Source: Octopus vulgaris
Taxonomy: Eukaryota
Assembly: GCA_951406725.2 (NCBI GenBank)
Contig: OX597830.1
Coordinates: 77,562,001 to 77,626,000, forward strand
Direction: 5' to 3'
DNA length: 64,000 bases
Shown: piece after piece, positions 13,366-28,493 of the stretch
How positions within the stretch are numbered: position 1 is the first letter of the stretch
Layout of the letters: each line of letters starts with the position of its first letter
Program-made: the position numbers and the translations under genes
The notes under the pieces: model-generated
What the model was told of the DNA's origin: nothing
Database searches by the model: none
What the model saw: only the letters and a program-made list of their open reading frames with translations

Positions 13366-13522
13366 GAGTTAAGGGTGATAGAAGGCTCGAATGAGTAGTT
13401 TGTATGAGCATTTGTGTGTATATATTGTAATGTATGTGTATATACATATACATATGTATGTATATATATATACATATATATATATGTATATATATACATA
13501 CACACACACACATTTATATATA

Positions 13523-13568
<46 letters not shown>

Positions 13569-13614
13569 TACTTATATATAGACATATATATATACGCATA
13601 CATAAATGAATGCA

Positions 13615-13676
<62 letters not shown>

Positions 13677-14180
13677 TAAACATAAGTATACATAAATAGA
13701 TCATATGAATATATACTTATGCCTATGTATATATTCACAATGCATAAATATATGTATATATATGTACATGCATGCATATATACACCCTAACACACACACA
13801 TACACACACACACAGAGGCAATGTAAGCGGTGGGCTGGGGAGAAGTTGTCGCAAACATTGTTCTATACAGAAGAACTACCTAAAGTTGAAGGAGTAAGGA
13901 ATTGTTCTATGAAGCGTTCGCAGAATTTATAATTCTCATTAATCATTTTTTCCAAAACATGCTGTTTCCCGAATGTTCTAAATATCGAATCTTGGGAATA
14001 TGGCACAGAAGTCCTGGAACAATGCAGAATTTGGGGGTTTAGCGGTAATGGTTGGTTGGTTGGGGGGGGATGTATGGTAGGGGGTGGGGGGATACTCTTG
14101 TCATTCTTTTCTACGAATAAAGATTTCTCAAACCGATTTCGCTTCTCCTTCTTCTTCTTCTACAGATACACGCACACACA

Positions 14181-14242
<62 letters not shown>

Positions 14243-14419
14243 TACACACGCGTGCTTGCGCTTGCGCCCGAACACACACACATACACACACGCATGTACG
14301 CAAACGCTCTCACGCGCGCGAGTAGACACCCCTCCCCCCTCCTTTCACTACATCTTCCTTGCTTTTCATCCCCACGGCCACCACCGTCTAGAAGAAAATA
14401 ACTTCAGGCTCGCAATCAT

Positions 14420-14426
14420 GATCATG

Positions 14427-14468
<42 letters not shown>

Positions 14469-14805
14469 AGCATCATCATCACTAACATTGTGGTCGTTGT
14501 CGTAAAATTCATCATTATGATGATAGTTGGATACTATTGAACAACATCATCATCAACATCATAATCTGCATCATCATCACTAATTGCCGTCATCGTCCTC
14601 GTCGACACCATCAGTGACGTCATCGTCATCACCATCATCAAAATCATCATCATCATCATCATTACCATCATCATTATCATCATCATCATCGTCTGCATCA
14701 TCACTGTAATTGACGTCATCTTCGTTGTCGACACCATCAGTGACGTCATCGTCATCACCATCATCATAATCATCATCATCATCATCATCACCATCATCAT
14801 CAAGA
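14420..14805. repeat. Compound (CAT)n tract with an internal ~130-nt duplication
   Basis: TCGACACCATCAGTGACGTCATCGTCATCACC occurs near 14602 and 14728. Confidence 0.85.
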
Positions 14806-16274
14806 GCATCCTTTTCTTTTCTTTCTGCTACCTTTTCTTCTATTCCTCTTTCGTTTCCTTCTTCCTCGCATCATCCTTATCATTGTCATTTAATCACAAC
14901 AGTATTTCTGTATTTTTGCGTGTGTGTGTGTGTGTGTGTGTACGTGTATGGGGACGAATGCTTGTATGTAGATATTTACGTATATGTAACTGGGTACTCA
15001 ATCAGGTGGGAAGGTAGCTAGGTAATTACGTTGATAGTTCGATGGCTATTGATCTCTAGACTTGCGTATATACGCTTCAAATAAACACGAATGGATATAG
15101 AATTGCAGATATTGTTCGTAGAAAGACCGTATACGAATAGACACACACGCGCGCGCGCGCACACACACACACACACGCACACACACACACACATGCACAC
15201 ACTCAAATGCACACAGTCAAATAAACGAACAAACTCACAAATGAAGAGGCTATCAAAAAATATATCAAAGTTGGCATACAAGCATGTTCCTGTAATTGCA
15301 TGTATGCTTAAACGTGTGTATTTATACATGGATGCATGTACGTACGCGTACGTATCTGTATATATATATACATACACACATACATATATATATATACGTA
15401 TACATTTTTATTCATATATATATGTATATATATGTGTGTGTGCAATATATTTATATAGTCTGTAAATATATGTACAAGGTTGTATATTAATATATGCACA
15501 TATATATGTAGATATATATGCTTTATATTTTATATGTACGTGTGTATATTAATATTCATATATACGTGTTGTGTGTGTGTGTATGTATGTATATGTATAT
15601 ATATATTCGTAAATGTAGGTCAGTGGGTATGTAGCATCTGTGTATATTATTATACATACACTTGGTACTTTATATGGTGCTGGTGTTTGTATAAACAAAT
15701 TCCACACATATATGCATAGAAAACCACACGCATACATACACACATACATATATACATATATATACACATGCATACATACATGCATACATACATACATGCT
15801 TGCATACATGCATACTTATATAATTTGATTGCTTGTTTGCGTGTGTATACACATGTATACATGAGAATCAGTTACACAAAGTAAAAATTTAGACAAAAGT
15901 ATGCAAATATATTTCCTGAAATCCTTCAATTCAACATTGATTTCTGGCTTTCAAGTCTCTCGATAGGTGATGGCACTTATCGATCACACAACTGCAACAA
16001 CAACAGCAAAAGCAACAACAATAAACACAATAACAACTGTAGCAACAAATTTTTGTGTACCTGCTTATTATTGTATATCTGGTTTTTTTTTTTTACTTCT
16101 CAGCTGTTGATGTTTTAAATTGCGTTAATGGCCCTGCTAGTGTGTATGTGTAGAAGTATGTATGCAGGTATGTATGTACGTATGTATGCATGCATATACA
16201 TATATGTGCATATATGTATAAATATTGCATGTATATATATATTTATATATATATATATATAGTATGTATATATG

Positions 16275-16308
<34 letters not shown>

Positions 16309-16541
16309 TGTAGGTATGTATTTGTAAGTATGCATATATACATATCTACTGAATATATAAATATATATATATATTTATATATTCAGTAGATATGTAGATA
16401 TATATATATATATATATATATAAATGCACATGTATACATATAAATGCACATATATATGTATACACATAAAATCGTACATATCAGATATAAAGTACATATA
16501 TATGTGTGTGTGTTTACATATATTCGTATACATGTGTGTAT

Positions 16542-16575
<34 letters not shown>

Positions 16576-17128
16576 ACTTATGTTTTGTCGTTTTCCCTGA
16601 TGACAAGGTTAATGATGTTTTAATCGTACCAATTTACAATATATATACACCTACACGGAAATATACACACACAGAAATACAGAAGAAAGGGCTCGGGAAG
16701 TAAAAAGAATATATAAACAAGAATGAATGAAAGAACGAAATAATGAATGAAAGAATGGTAAAGTGAATAGCGGCAAAGTCATTAAGTCACCTCAAGAGGA
16801 GGGATTTAGAGACCGAACCATTCTTTATATATTTCTGTTCCAATACACTTCGTCGTCGCCATCGTCATCGTCATCGTTGACGTCTTTGTCCTCGTATTCA
16901 TCATTGCCGTCAACATTGTCAACGCCACCCTTAGCAATACCACCACCTATCCAAGCATATACTCACATACATAAATACACACACACATACACAGACACAG
17001 ACACACACACACACTTACACATTTATATACTTTTCTTTTATTGAAGCATATTACTCTACCTTTGGTATTCGAGTACTATTTTTTCCACCTTGTTTTGCAT
17101 TTATGTGTTTGATTATGTGTTTATATGC

Positions 17129-17230
<102 letters not shown>

Positions 17231-17499
17231 GCATGTTTGTATATTAAAACAAAATAATAAATAAAACATATGCATATATACATACATATATGTACATACC
17301 TACATCAATATGTATATATACATGCATATATGGATACAGGACACCCAAAAACGTAGAACACAATGAGAAACGAAAACATAAAATCAAAACTATGGAAACG
17401 GACTTTTTTCAAACAACGAAAAAACAGAGTACAAGACATACAACAGCTGCCCCTGCTTCAACTACTCCGTGTTTCGAAGGTTATATATATATATATATA

Positions 17500-17729
17500 T
17501 TTCTTTACTGCCCACAAGGGGCTAAACATAGAGGGGACAAACAAGGACAGACAAAGGGATTAAGTTGATTACATCAACTCCAGTGCGTAACTGGTACTTA
17601 AATTATCGACCCCGAAAGGATGAAAGGCAAAGTCGACCTCGGCGGAATTTGAACTCAGAACGTAACGACAGACGAAATACCGCTAAGCATTTCGCCCAGC
17701 GCGCTAACGCTCCTGCCAGCTCGCCGCCT
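17500..17729 (-). mobile_element. SINE family B
   Basis: Full-length reverse-complement match. Confidence 0.9.
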
Positions 17730-17730
17730 A

Positions 17731-17785
<55 letters not shown>

Positions 17786-18049
17786 CACACACATGCATGT
17801 GCATTTGTGTGTGCGTGCGCGCGCAAAGCAACGGTCCTGTTTTCTTACATTTGTTACAGATCATGTGTTAGAAATCGGAGTCCCTCTTTATATCGGTACT
17901 CGGCTGATGTTTTCTGTCTTCTTGTACAAATACATTTCATTGTAAAGAAATGTTCCCGTATCCCTTCCTATATATTTTGTTGCGCGTCCAGTATTTGAAT
18001 ATTTTATAGTCAGTCACGTTTGTTTTAATAATATCTCGTAGAGAGGAAA

Positions 18050-18605
18050 GCGGCGAGCTGGAAGAAACGTTAGCACGCCGAGAGAAATTAAATACCAGTT
18101 GTGTACTTGGGTCGATCTAATTGACTGGCTACCTCCCCAAAACTTTCGAGCCTTGTGCCTAGAATAGAAAAGAATACTTCATAGAGAGGACGGCGGCGAG
18201 CTGGCAGGAACGTTAGCCCACTAGGCGAAATGCTTAGCGGTATTTCGTCTGCCGCTACCTTCTCAGTTCAAATTCCTCCAAGGTCGACTTTGCCTTTCAT
18301 CCTGTCGGGGTCGATAAATTAAGCACCAGTTACGCACTGGGGTCGATAAATTAAGTACCAGTTACGCACTGAGGTCGATATAATCGACTTAATCCGTTTG
18401 TCTATCCTTGTTTGTCCTCTATCTGTTTAGCTCCTTGTGGGTAGTAAAGAAATAGGTATTTTGTCTGTCTTTATGTTCTGAGTTCGACTTTGCCTTTTAT
18501 CCTTTCGGAGTCGATAAATTAAATGCCATTTGCGTACTGGGGTCGATCTAATCGACCAGCCCCCTCCCCAAACATTTAGGGCCTTGTGCTTATAGTAGAA
18601 AATAA
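18050..18605 (+). mobile_element. SINE family B cluster (one deleted copy plus a dimer)
   Basis: Heads at ~18050 and ~18193; internal tandem duplication at 18308-18380. Confidence 0.85.
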
Positions 18606-18859
18606 TATTTCATGGAGAGCTAAGAGGCGAAATTAAATCCAGACGAACTAGACAACACAAAATCAACTCTAGATGAAATACGAAGAGCAAATTCCGTATC
18701 ATGAAAATTGTTCGAAAACAATTATTCGAAAAACAGTTATTCGAAATAAATATCACTTGTGTACTAGATTTTTAATTTTTATCATGTTTGTTTAAATGAA
18801 ATAATGTATTTAGAATAACAATTCGTATAATTGTCCTTTTGAATAATTTTCATTCATAC

Positions 18860-20308
18860 TGTTCCGAAAATAATGGCTGATTTCAGAAACATAATTCTAT
18901 TCTGGAAAAATTAACAATAGAAATGTTTTGATTAATCAAAATATGAGCCATGAACATCTATGTATCTCTGCCATCGATCAACGAGATTATTTATGCCTCA
19001 TTGATAAAAACGTATTGGCTTTGAAGCTAAGAAATCTTTGAAAGCTGATTCCACCTCTAGTTTGGACCTGAAAGTTTTATCACTTAAAAACGTGTTTAAA
19101 TGCTTTTAAAAATGGTAGTCAGTGGGTGAAAGATCAGGAGAATATGGAGGATGTGCTAAAATCTCGTATCTCAAGTCTGTGAATTTCTGCAGTGTTATTC
19201 TAGCAACATTGGCTTTGCATTATCGTGGATCAGAGTTGGGTTACATCGATTCATCAATGCAGGTCTCATTTTTTGTAAGTGAGCATGCATTTCAGTGAGT
19301 TGATTGCAATAAACCTCTGCTGTAATGGTCTGATTGACTGCCAGAAAGCTGTAATGAACAACACCACGATCAAGTCATCACGATCAAGTCATTAACCTGA
19401 TCGTTTACGATTATCAGAAAGGACCCACTTTTCGTCACAAGTGACTATTCGTTCAAGAAAAGGATCATTGGTGTTTCGCAGAAAGAACATCGAACACACT
19501 TCAAAATGCTGAACTTTTTGATCTTCATTGAGCTCTTGCGGTATCCATTTATCGAGCTTTTTCACCTTACCAATCTTGTGTAGATTGCGTGTGACTGTTA
19601 CAATACCGACACCAAATGCCTGAGACATTTCTCTGACTCTTTCGAGGTCATTCCAAAAAGCTCTATCTACGACGATTTCATCGCAATCGAAAGAGAGGAG
19701 CTTTCTCCGTCCGGGTTGCGGATCCGTGTAATAAGCTGCCGGACAAGATAATGAAGATGCCGACGACCGCTCGATTCAAAGTCTCTCTTGACCAGAAATG
19801 GCCTGAACTCTTTGTATGACCACCCTCCCTGTACATAACACCCAGTCCCCCTACATGGCCTTGCTTTTGCTTTTTGAGCAATTAGAAATTGAATTGAATT
19901 GAATAGACGTGGGTTTTGCTCAATAATTGCTTTCAATTGTTCATTGCCAAGACTGCCTGAATGTCTTCAATCTTCCTCATCTTCAAGGCTCTCATCACCA
20001 CTACGGAATTTCTGAAACCACCTTTGTATTGTGCGATTACTTGTGGACCACTCTCCCCGTGCTCTATTGATATTGGTAGCAGTTTGCGAGGCATTGTGCC
20101 CAAGCCTGAACTTCTGCAAGAAAAGTAAGCGAAGGTCCTTTTTTGTCATGTTCATAAATTAACGGCACCTATGCTTCAAGAATGTTTTCTGTCTGACGTT
20201 AAATGTTAAGTAAGTCGAAATTCACCAAAAATATAATTAAAGTACAATGATAAAATTGCGTTTCAAAACACAACACTTAGAGCGGCCATTGTTTTCGGAA
20301 CAACCTAA
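18860..20308 (-). mobile_element. Decayed mariner (Tc1/mariner, DD34D) transposon
   Basis: N-terminal HTH (..FRLGHNASQTATNIN..TIQRWFQKFRSGDESLED), KWIPQEL, IVTCDEKW, HDNAKP, HPPYSPDLSPTDY and terminal GSYFD*. TIR core TGTTCCGAAAA(T/C)AATGGC at both ends; the right end is CAACCTAA followed by TA. Confidence 0.92.
19639..19904 (+). mobile_element. 5'-truncated CR1-type LINE 3' end inserted in the mariner
   Basis: RGHSKKLYLRRFHRNRKRGAFSVRVADPCNKLPDKIMKMPTTARFKVSLD (CR1 ORF2 C-terminal pattern RGH..KL..FS.RV...WN.LP..FK..LD), short 3' UTR, (AATTG)n tail. Confidence 0.82.
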
Positions 20309-20414
20309 TATTTTCGAACAATGTTCACATAATCACAAATTCGATTGAAATGTGTAATCGAAGTCGAACTTGGTCGAAATATATAAACGAAGACGAACTT
20401 GGTCGAAATATTGG

Positions 20415-20605
20415 CTTAAAGCCAGCTAGTTCGAGGAGTGGGATAGTCGGTTATATCGATCCCAGTGCTCAACTGATATTTATTTTATCGACACAGAAAT
20501 TATGAAAGCCAAAGTTATCTTCGGCGGAATTTGAACTCAGAAGGAGAAGACGGAGGAAATGCCAAGTTTTTTGCCCGACGCGCTAACGATTCTACCAGCT
20601 CGTGA
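20415..20605 (-). mobile_element. SINE family B (diverged)
   Basis: Family B core and head. Confidence 0.78.
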
Positions 20606-20654
20606 CCTTTACTCGGTCAAAATATTAAGCGCAATGTCAAGCAATGTCAGAATG

Positions 20655-20874
20655 TGGTAAAACATGGTTTTACGCAACAACATGGTTCCGGTTTCAGTCC
20701 CACTGCGTGGCAACTTGAGCAGGTGTCTTCTACTAGCCTCGGGCCAAACAAAGCTTTGCGAGTGGATTTGGTAGATAGAAACTGAAAAAAAGCCCTCGCG
20801 TGTATGTATATATATATATATATATATACATAAAGATAGAAAGAGAGAGAGAGAGAGTGAGGTAGATAGAGAAG

Positions 20875-20934
<60 letters not shown>

Positions 20935-21160
20935 AATGTATATATTTGTGTGTTTGTGTGTGTATTTGCCCACTCCACTCCCACTCACCATTGCTCAATA
21001 ACCGATGTTGATTTCTTTACATCCCTGTATCTTAGCGGCTCAGCATAAGAGACCGATAGAATAAGAACTAGACTTACAAAGAATGTCCATTTCTTCGATT
21101 AAAAAAAAAAAACCCTTTAAGGCAGTGCTCCAGCATGGCCTGAAACAGGTAAAAGAATAA
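20655..21160 (+). mobile_element. SINE family A (diverged, expanded internal GATA repeat)
   Basis: Similarity to the family A head and tail. Confidence 0.8.
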
Positions 21161-21763
21161 ATATATGCAAAGAATATATATATATGCAAGTTTTGAATAA
21201 TTGTGATTGATGTAAAGGTGACCTATGAAAATATGGGTAGATATGTGTGAGTGTGTGTGTGTCATCCCGTTTCTCAACAATCTCAACAATTATATACATT
21301 TACATATATGTGGATATATATATGTGTGTGTGTGTGTGTGCATGTGTGCCTATGCATATGTAACTATATGTTTTGTGTGTGTGTGTGTGTGTGTGTGTAT
21401 ACACATACATAATTAGACGTAAATCTTAATATCTAGAGTTGAGGGAGCCGTATCATCTATCGTGGTTTTATCGTCACTCGATCTCCAGACCTTGTTTATA
21501 TGCCCTATTTGTCTTACCAGCCGTAGAGACTGTCAGCCATAGTGAAGAGCGTGATGGCCAAGCCAAGGCGCCGTACTCCCTCCCACCGAACGTCTATAAA
21601 TCTAGATTGCTTGCATTCTCATTGCTTGGATCCGGAGCGGCATTTTTTGTCTTCATTGTCAAAAGGGCGTATGTTTATTTTATAAATAGGTGATGGTTTT
21701 CGGCGGACATATTTATATATATATGCATATATATATATGCATATATATATATATATATATATA

Positions 21764-21799
<36 letters not shown>

Positions 21800-21850
21800 T
21801 ATATATATGTACATATATATGTATATGTATATATAAATGAGCATTTATAC

Positions 21851-21881
<31 letters not shown>

Positions 21882-22162
21882 TGTCTATATATTTATAAAT
21901 ATTCTTTATATGTAAACTGATATGCACGTTTATATATTTACAAATACATATGTATATGTATATATATATATATATACATACATACATACATACATGCATA
22001 CATACATGCATACATACATGCATACAAACATACATACATACATTTATATACTATATATCAACAGCGTGCATGGACTTCGTAGTATGTGTGTGTGTGTGCG
22101 TATGAGTGTAATATCAATTGATAGCAATATATATTTATCACACACGCACGCACATACCTAGC

Positions 22163-22196
<34 letters not shown>

Positions 22197-23130
22197 ACAT
22201 ATATATATATACTGCTTACACTTGGTTTTCATTGGCTTACCCTAAATAAGTTGTAAATAGTCATGCAAGCATAACCAGACAGCGCATCAAGTGTTTCCAC
22301 TCCCTTTCTTGTTCGCTGTCTCCATATGCGTGCGAGCACACACGCCCGCACCCCACACACACACACACATACACACATACATTGACATATATTTACAGAC
22401 ATTTGATTGTAGATATATATATACATATACTGCATGAATACCTAAAAGAAACTACAGCGGAAAGGAGTCAAAAATCACAAATGAAATGGCACTCGTGGAA
22501 CAAAATTGCAATAAAGCGATTGTCGTCATCAATGTTTCCACCAATCAAATGAAAGAATGGATTGAGATACGTGTTCCTTTTGGTCGTCTTTGTGACCGAG
22601 CGATATACTCCACAATGAAGGGCGAAAAGAGCATCCGAATGTTTCGGATTCAAATCCCACAAAAGTGACATTTCGAAAGCAGGAGGAGGGCAACTAGTAA
22701 TCATGATCATGGCGGGATCGGTTCCCATAATGTTGTGAGGGACAAGTGGACATATAGACATATATATATATATATATATATATGTTAATAATATCAAGAG
22801 TAATAAGAAATATTAGAAATTTCTACTACCAGTGGCCTAACGGGTAAAAATATTTTAGTCAATAGACTATATATTATTCATATAAACCGTTCATCCTAGC
22901 ATGCAAGGAGTCCTATGATCCATGCCTGTTATGCGTTTAAATGTACACTGTTTTTATATATATAAATACAGTGTAATGTTTCTGCCGGCTCGCCACCTTC
23001 ACATTATAGATATTCAACCAAAAACTGGTTTCAGTTTTTACATATTTGTGTATAGTCTCTAAGCGGAAATGGTAAAGATATACAAGACATATCACAGTTC
23101 CAGCATGTGTTTGCTTTTGTTATTGCTTTT

Positions 23131-23430
23131 GAAGGCGAACGACTCAGTGGTTAGAGCGTCGGACTCACAATCATGAGGTAGTGAGTTCGATTCCCAGACC
23201 GAGCTGTGTTTTGAGCAAGAAACTTAATTTCACGTTGCTCCCGATCACTCAGCTGTAGAAATGAGTTGCCACGTCACTGGTGCCAAGAAGTATTGGCCTT
23301 TGCCTTTCCTTCCCACGGACAGGGGAGGCTGGTATGCATAGGCGACTGCTGGTCTTCCACAAACAACCTCGCTTAGGCTTCTGCTTCGGAGGGAAAATTC
23401 TAGATGCAATCCCATGGTCATTCATGACCA
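23131..23430 (+). mobile_element. SINE family D
   Basis: tRNA-like head CTCAGTGGTTAGAGCGTCG..GTTCGATTCC; body matches 41280-41592 (-). Confidence 0.82.
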
Positions 23431-23823
23431 AAGTGGAGTTCTTACCTTTTTGCCATTTTACCTTTGACTTCGAAAACTTACGCACGTGGTGTCCTTTTCG
23501 ACAAGTAGTACCAGCATCAAGTGTGCAAGATCTCAGCCATTTTCCACAACGTGGTGATCCAAGATTTTTCTGTTCTACTGTTTCATTGAGAGAAGTTGTT
23601 ACACGCAGAAGAAATCGAAAAATACCTTTCTGACGAGAAATTATAGAAGGCAACTTCGGGCCAATGTGCCTTACAAAGGGACTGAACCCAAGACCACGCG
23701 ATTAGGAAGCAAGTTTTTCAACTACACAGTCAGTCCTTCGCCTTTACATATATATATATATAAATGGATAGATATATAATAAATATATATAAAATTTATA
23801 TATATATGTATATAAATAAATAA

Positions 23824-23880
<57 letters not shown>

Positions 23881-24190
23881 CTTACACATAAATACACCTT
23901 AGTGAAGTGTTTATGGAAATATTTGTCTAGGAAACCAACTTAGTAAATTGGGAATTAATAAATTCAGCATACTCCCAACACACATACGCATGCGCACACA
24001 TACATACACGCGCGCGCGCGAGCTCACACAGACAATTTGCGAAGAACGAAACAAAAGAAATAAAAATAAAAAAACAAACGCTGGAAAAAAAATTTACAAT
24101 TATAATAATTAAACGAAGTAAAATAAAAACTTTCGCTTAACAAATATTTAACGAGAGTTTCTGAATATATTTATAGAGAAAATAAATGAG

Positions 24191-24225
<35 letters not shown>

Positions 24226-24400
24226 ATTTATCTATTTATTTGAAAACCTCAAAACTCGTCATCACTTACTTTTGCGGTAAATTTTATCAAATTATATCAA
24301 TACAACACTATTCCGAAGATAATATATGTATGCATCCGTGTATGCATGTGTGTATGCATGTGTGTGTATGTATGTATGTATGTATGTATGTATGTATGCA

Positions 24401-24433
<33 letters not shown>

Positions 24434-24518
24434 ATGTATGTATGTATGTATGTGTGTATGTATTTATGTAAATATATTATGATGGTGTGTATAAATATAT
24501 GATTGTGCTTCTATATAC

Positions 24519-24565
<47 letters not shown>

Positions 24566-24859
24566 CGTACTTATGCCTATATATATATAAGTATGAATGC
24601 GTGTGAGCGTATATGTTTATATATCCATAAAGATTCGTATATATGTATGTGTAGTTACATGTAAAATAACATATAAATGCAATTGCGTGTACGCTTATAT
24701 ACATGTGAGTATGTATGTATACATATATCCATATATCCATATATATATTCACATAAAAGCATACGTAGAAGTACTTATATACATATGAATGAATATATAC
24801 GTATATTTATGTATACTCACATTTACATACAGATATATATTCATATAGATTCACTCAAA

Positions 24860-24909
<50 letters not shown>

Positions 24910-24994
24910 GTGCATACATCAACGCTTACACCTATCCATGCTTACATACACACACACATATATATATACATACACATATTTGTATCTGTGTGTG

Positions 24995-25049
<55 letters not shown>

Positions 25050-25421
25050 GTTTGGGGGAGACGGGGAAACATTCAGAATGCCTAATATCTTTGAGATCTG
25101 CAAGAAATCTTGCTGCAGAGATTCCGTATTCTTCAGTTATCAGAGAAGGATCAATGAATATTCCATACTATATCCTGGTATTTTGCTTAACGAGAATTCT
25201 ATGATACTTGTGGGGGAAGGGCGGTGGTGAGACTGATTTGGGTTGGGGAGAGCGGTCTAACTGTCTATTGTATGGATGGGCTGTGTGTGGATGGCAACTG
25301 GTTATTGTATAAATGGTTGAACAACAAGCTGTAACAAAAATGGCGAAGTAACAGCGAGGACGGAATATGTCTGAAATGTAGGGAGTAAAGAAAAAAAAAT
25401 GATTGTTATTATTATTACTTC

Positions 25422-25632
25422 AGGAGGTGAGTTGGCAGAGTTGTTAGCACGCTGGACGAAGTGCTTAGCGGTATTTCGCCCGCTTCTACGTCCTGAGATC
25501 GAATTCCGCCGAGGTCGACTTTGTTTTCATCCTTTCGGGGTTGATAAAATAAGTAACGGTTGAACAATGGGGTCGATGAAATCGTCTCATTATCACCTCC
25601 CCCAAGCTGCCCTTGTGGCAAAAATTTGAAAT
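25422..25632 (+). mobile_element. SINE family B
   Basis: Family B head, core and tail running into (ATT)n. Confidence 0.82.
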
Positions 25633-25639
25633 AGCAATA

Positions 25640-25755
25640 ATGATTATTATTGTTATTATTATTATTACAATTATTGTTATCATCATCATCATCATCATCA
25701 TCATCATCGTTATCATTATCATTATTATTATTATTACTATTATTATTATTATTAC

Positions 25756-25848
<93 letters not shown>

Positions 25849-25863
25849 TATTATTATTATTAC

Positions 25864-25962
<99 letters not shown>

Positions 25963-25990
25963 ATTATTTTTTTTATTAATCATTATTATT
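25640..25990. repeat. (ATT)n / (ATC)n microsatellite
   Basis: Direct reading. Confidence 0.95.
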
Positions 25991-26245
25991 ATTTGACTTC
26001 TGCTTTACATTTGTACAAGTTGGCTCCAAGTCTCACCCAGAGACCTCCAGAGACAAGTTAGAAGTTCATGTTGGTGTTATACCTTGGGTGCCATATATTT
26101 GGTTTTGTACATAGTGTTGTTCTAGAGAATGTTTTAAGAAACCATAAGAAAATTATGTTTGTTTTAAAACTTGAGATTACATAGAAAGTATTTTGCGTAG
26201 GATATGAGCAATTCCCCTGAGCACAATCTTTTGAATTACATGAAA
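25980..26245 (-). mobile_element. R4/Dong-type LINE 3' end with (TAA)n tail
   Basis: IQKIVLRGIAHILRKILSM* followed by a 3' UTR running into the long (TAA)n tract. Confidence 0.8.
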
Positions 26246-27142
26246 TATTGGTGAAGGTCATGTAACCCTTTATATTTTTTTTATTTTGGGGAAATTTTTT
26301 ACGAGTTTGTATCCTACACAAAGAAATTCATACAATTATGCAAAATCTATTTTAAAAATTAATGCGTGATTTAAGGCTTATTTAGCTATTATTTGTAGGG
26401 CATCTCACGAACACCACATACCTCAAGTGTTTTAGACATTTAATAAGTGAAAATGACCACATAATAAGTGAAAATGACCACAAGCAGCTTGGTAACAGAT
26501 GGACTTGTTGCTATGTCTGCGGCTTTCGGTGGGCTAAAATTGCACAAAATTAACAAATTTTAAAAGCTATTAACTCTTTATCGATTTATAGCGAAAATGA
26601 ATTTCATGCCAATGATCGGCATACGAAACTACACCAATACAACAAATAAGAAATCAAATGGAACAAAAATTGAAGAAATTGAAAAGTGGCAGCCAAAAGA
26701 AAAGAGTAGTAGTAGTAGTAGCAGGAGCAGCTGTTGTTGTTGTTTTTGTAACAGCAGCAGCAGCAACTACGATTGTAAATGTGGACACGGTAAATACTAT
26801 TCCTCAACGAATAAACATTTTCAAGCATGCACGATGATAATTGGAAAGTAAGTAAGGTAGAAAGAAGATGAAAGAATTGGTGTCACGGTACGAGTTAGAT
26901 GGGCTAAAAAACATACATAACAAACTAACAAAAGAAGAAAAAAAAAAAGAAATATAAGAAAAATACAAGAATAAAAAAGACAGAAATCAAAATAATGGTA
27001 AAGCAAATATTTTGGTTCCTTAATGTAGATACGTGTCTGTCAGTTAATGATTTAGTAGACATCTCGAAGACTTCCTGTTTTTCACACCAATTATTCATTT
27101 TCTGTGTATCTGCGTCTCTCACTCCCCCCTCTCTCTCTCCCA

Positions 27143-27183
<41 letters not shown>

Positions 27184-27283
27184 CGTGTATGTGTGTGTAT
27201 GTATGCATGTATGTATGTATATGTGTTTCTCAGTCTCTATGCATCTGCGTATGTATGTGTCTGTATATCAATGTATGAATGTT

Positions 27284-27344
<61 letters not shown>

Positions 27345-27529
27345 GTATGCATGTGTATATATGTATGTATATGTAAATTATAAGGCCTATTTAGCTATTG
27401 ATTTTAGCACATCTCACGAACACTTCATACTTCACATGTTTTAAACATTTAATAAAAATGACCACATTGGTGATTGGATAGTGAAAAGTGTATATTTTTT
27501 TTAATTGAACTAAGTTTTTTGTATCACCT

Positions 27530-28291
27530 ACCATTTAACGCATGCGCATAAGTGCAATTCCGTGGAATATTCACATTTATTTACGTGGCAGATATATACA
27601 ATTGTTTCTTTATGAGGGAAAATGGAAAAAACAAAAGTGAATATTTATTTTATGAGTGCTGTGTATTAAGTCTATAAAATTGTATATAAAGTGTATATAT
27701 AAAGTGCATTAAGTAATCATCGTATTCCAATTTCTTTCACTTTTCAATGAGTAGCAGATGAGCAACTATCTTACCATATAGACACAACACAGGCTACGCT
27801 TTCAGGATTTTTAGATAAAGTTTTCAGAAATAACCCAATAGATATACCGTTCATTCCATGAAGTATTCTCTCGTCCCACCAGTATATGATAAATGGATTA
27901 TAAAAAATATGGAATTATTATATGGTTTTTTACTCATAGAAAAAGATTTCAGAAAATATTGAAAAATGAAATGTAAACCTAGAAGTAGTCACCTTCTCTC
28001 GAGGAGAATAAACACGCTTTATTTTTTTATTTCATGTCATTACTTCATCTCTTGCCTCGTAAACAACTATACGCAAGGAACTATAAGCAACCTGTTGCTT
28101 GTAGCTGTATAGGAGGGGCGAGGATAGACTGGAATAAGCAGGACAAGGGAGTCACTGATGACATCACAGAATGTGTAACGTGAAAATGGACAGACTAAAA
28201 TAAAATAAACAATACGAATAACAATAAATATGTTGATCGATTAAATAGTACGTGATTTAATTGCCAATAAGATATGGCCATCCCCAAGTAT

Positions 28292-28363
<72 letters not shown>

Positions 28364-28421
28364 TATATATATGAGAGAGAGGGAGAGAGAGAGAGATAAT
28401 GTAGGCAAATATACTGCAGTT

Positions 28422-28493
<72 letters not shown>

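Noticed and set aside
21420-21710. Complex GC-richer island with an 84-aa ORF
   Set aside because: No recognisable motif, repeat partner or paired splice sites; left unannotated.
22468-22797. ORF with KTTKRNT resembling a receptor M2-M3 loop
   Set aside because: No hydrophobic helices around it; similarity too short.
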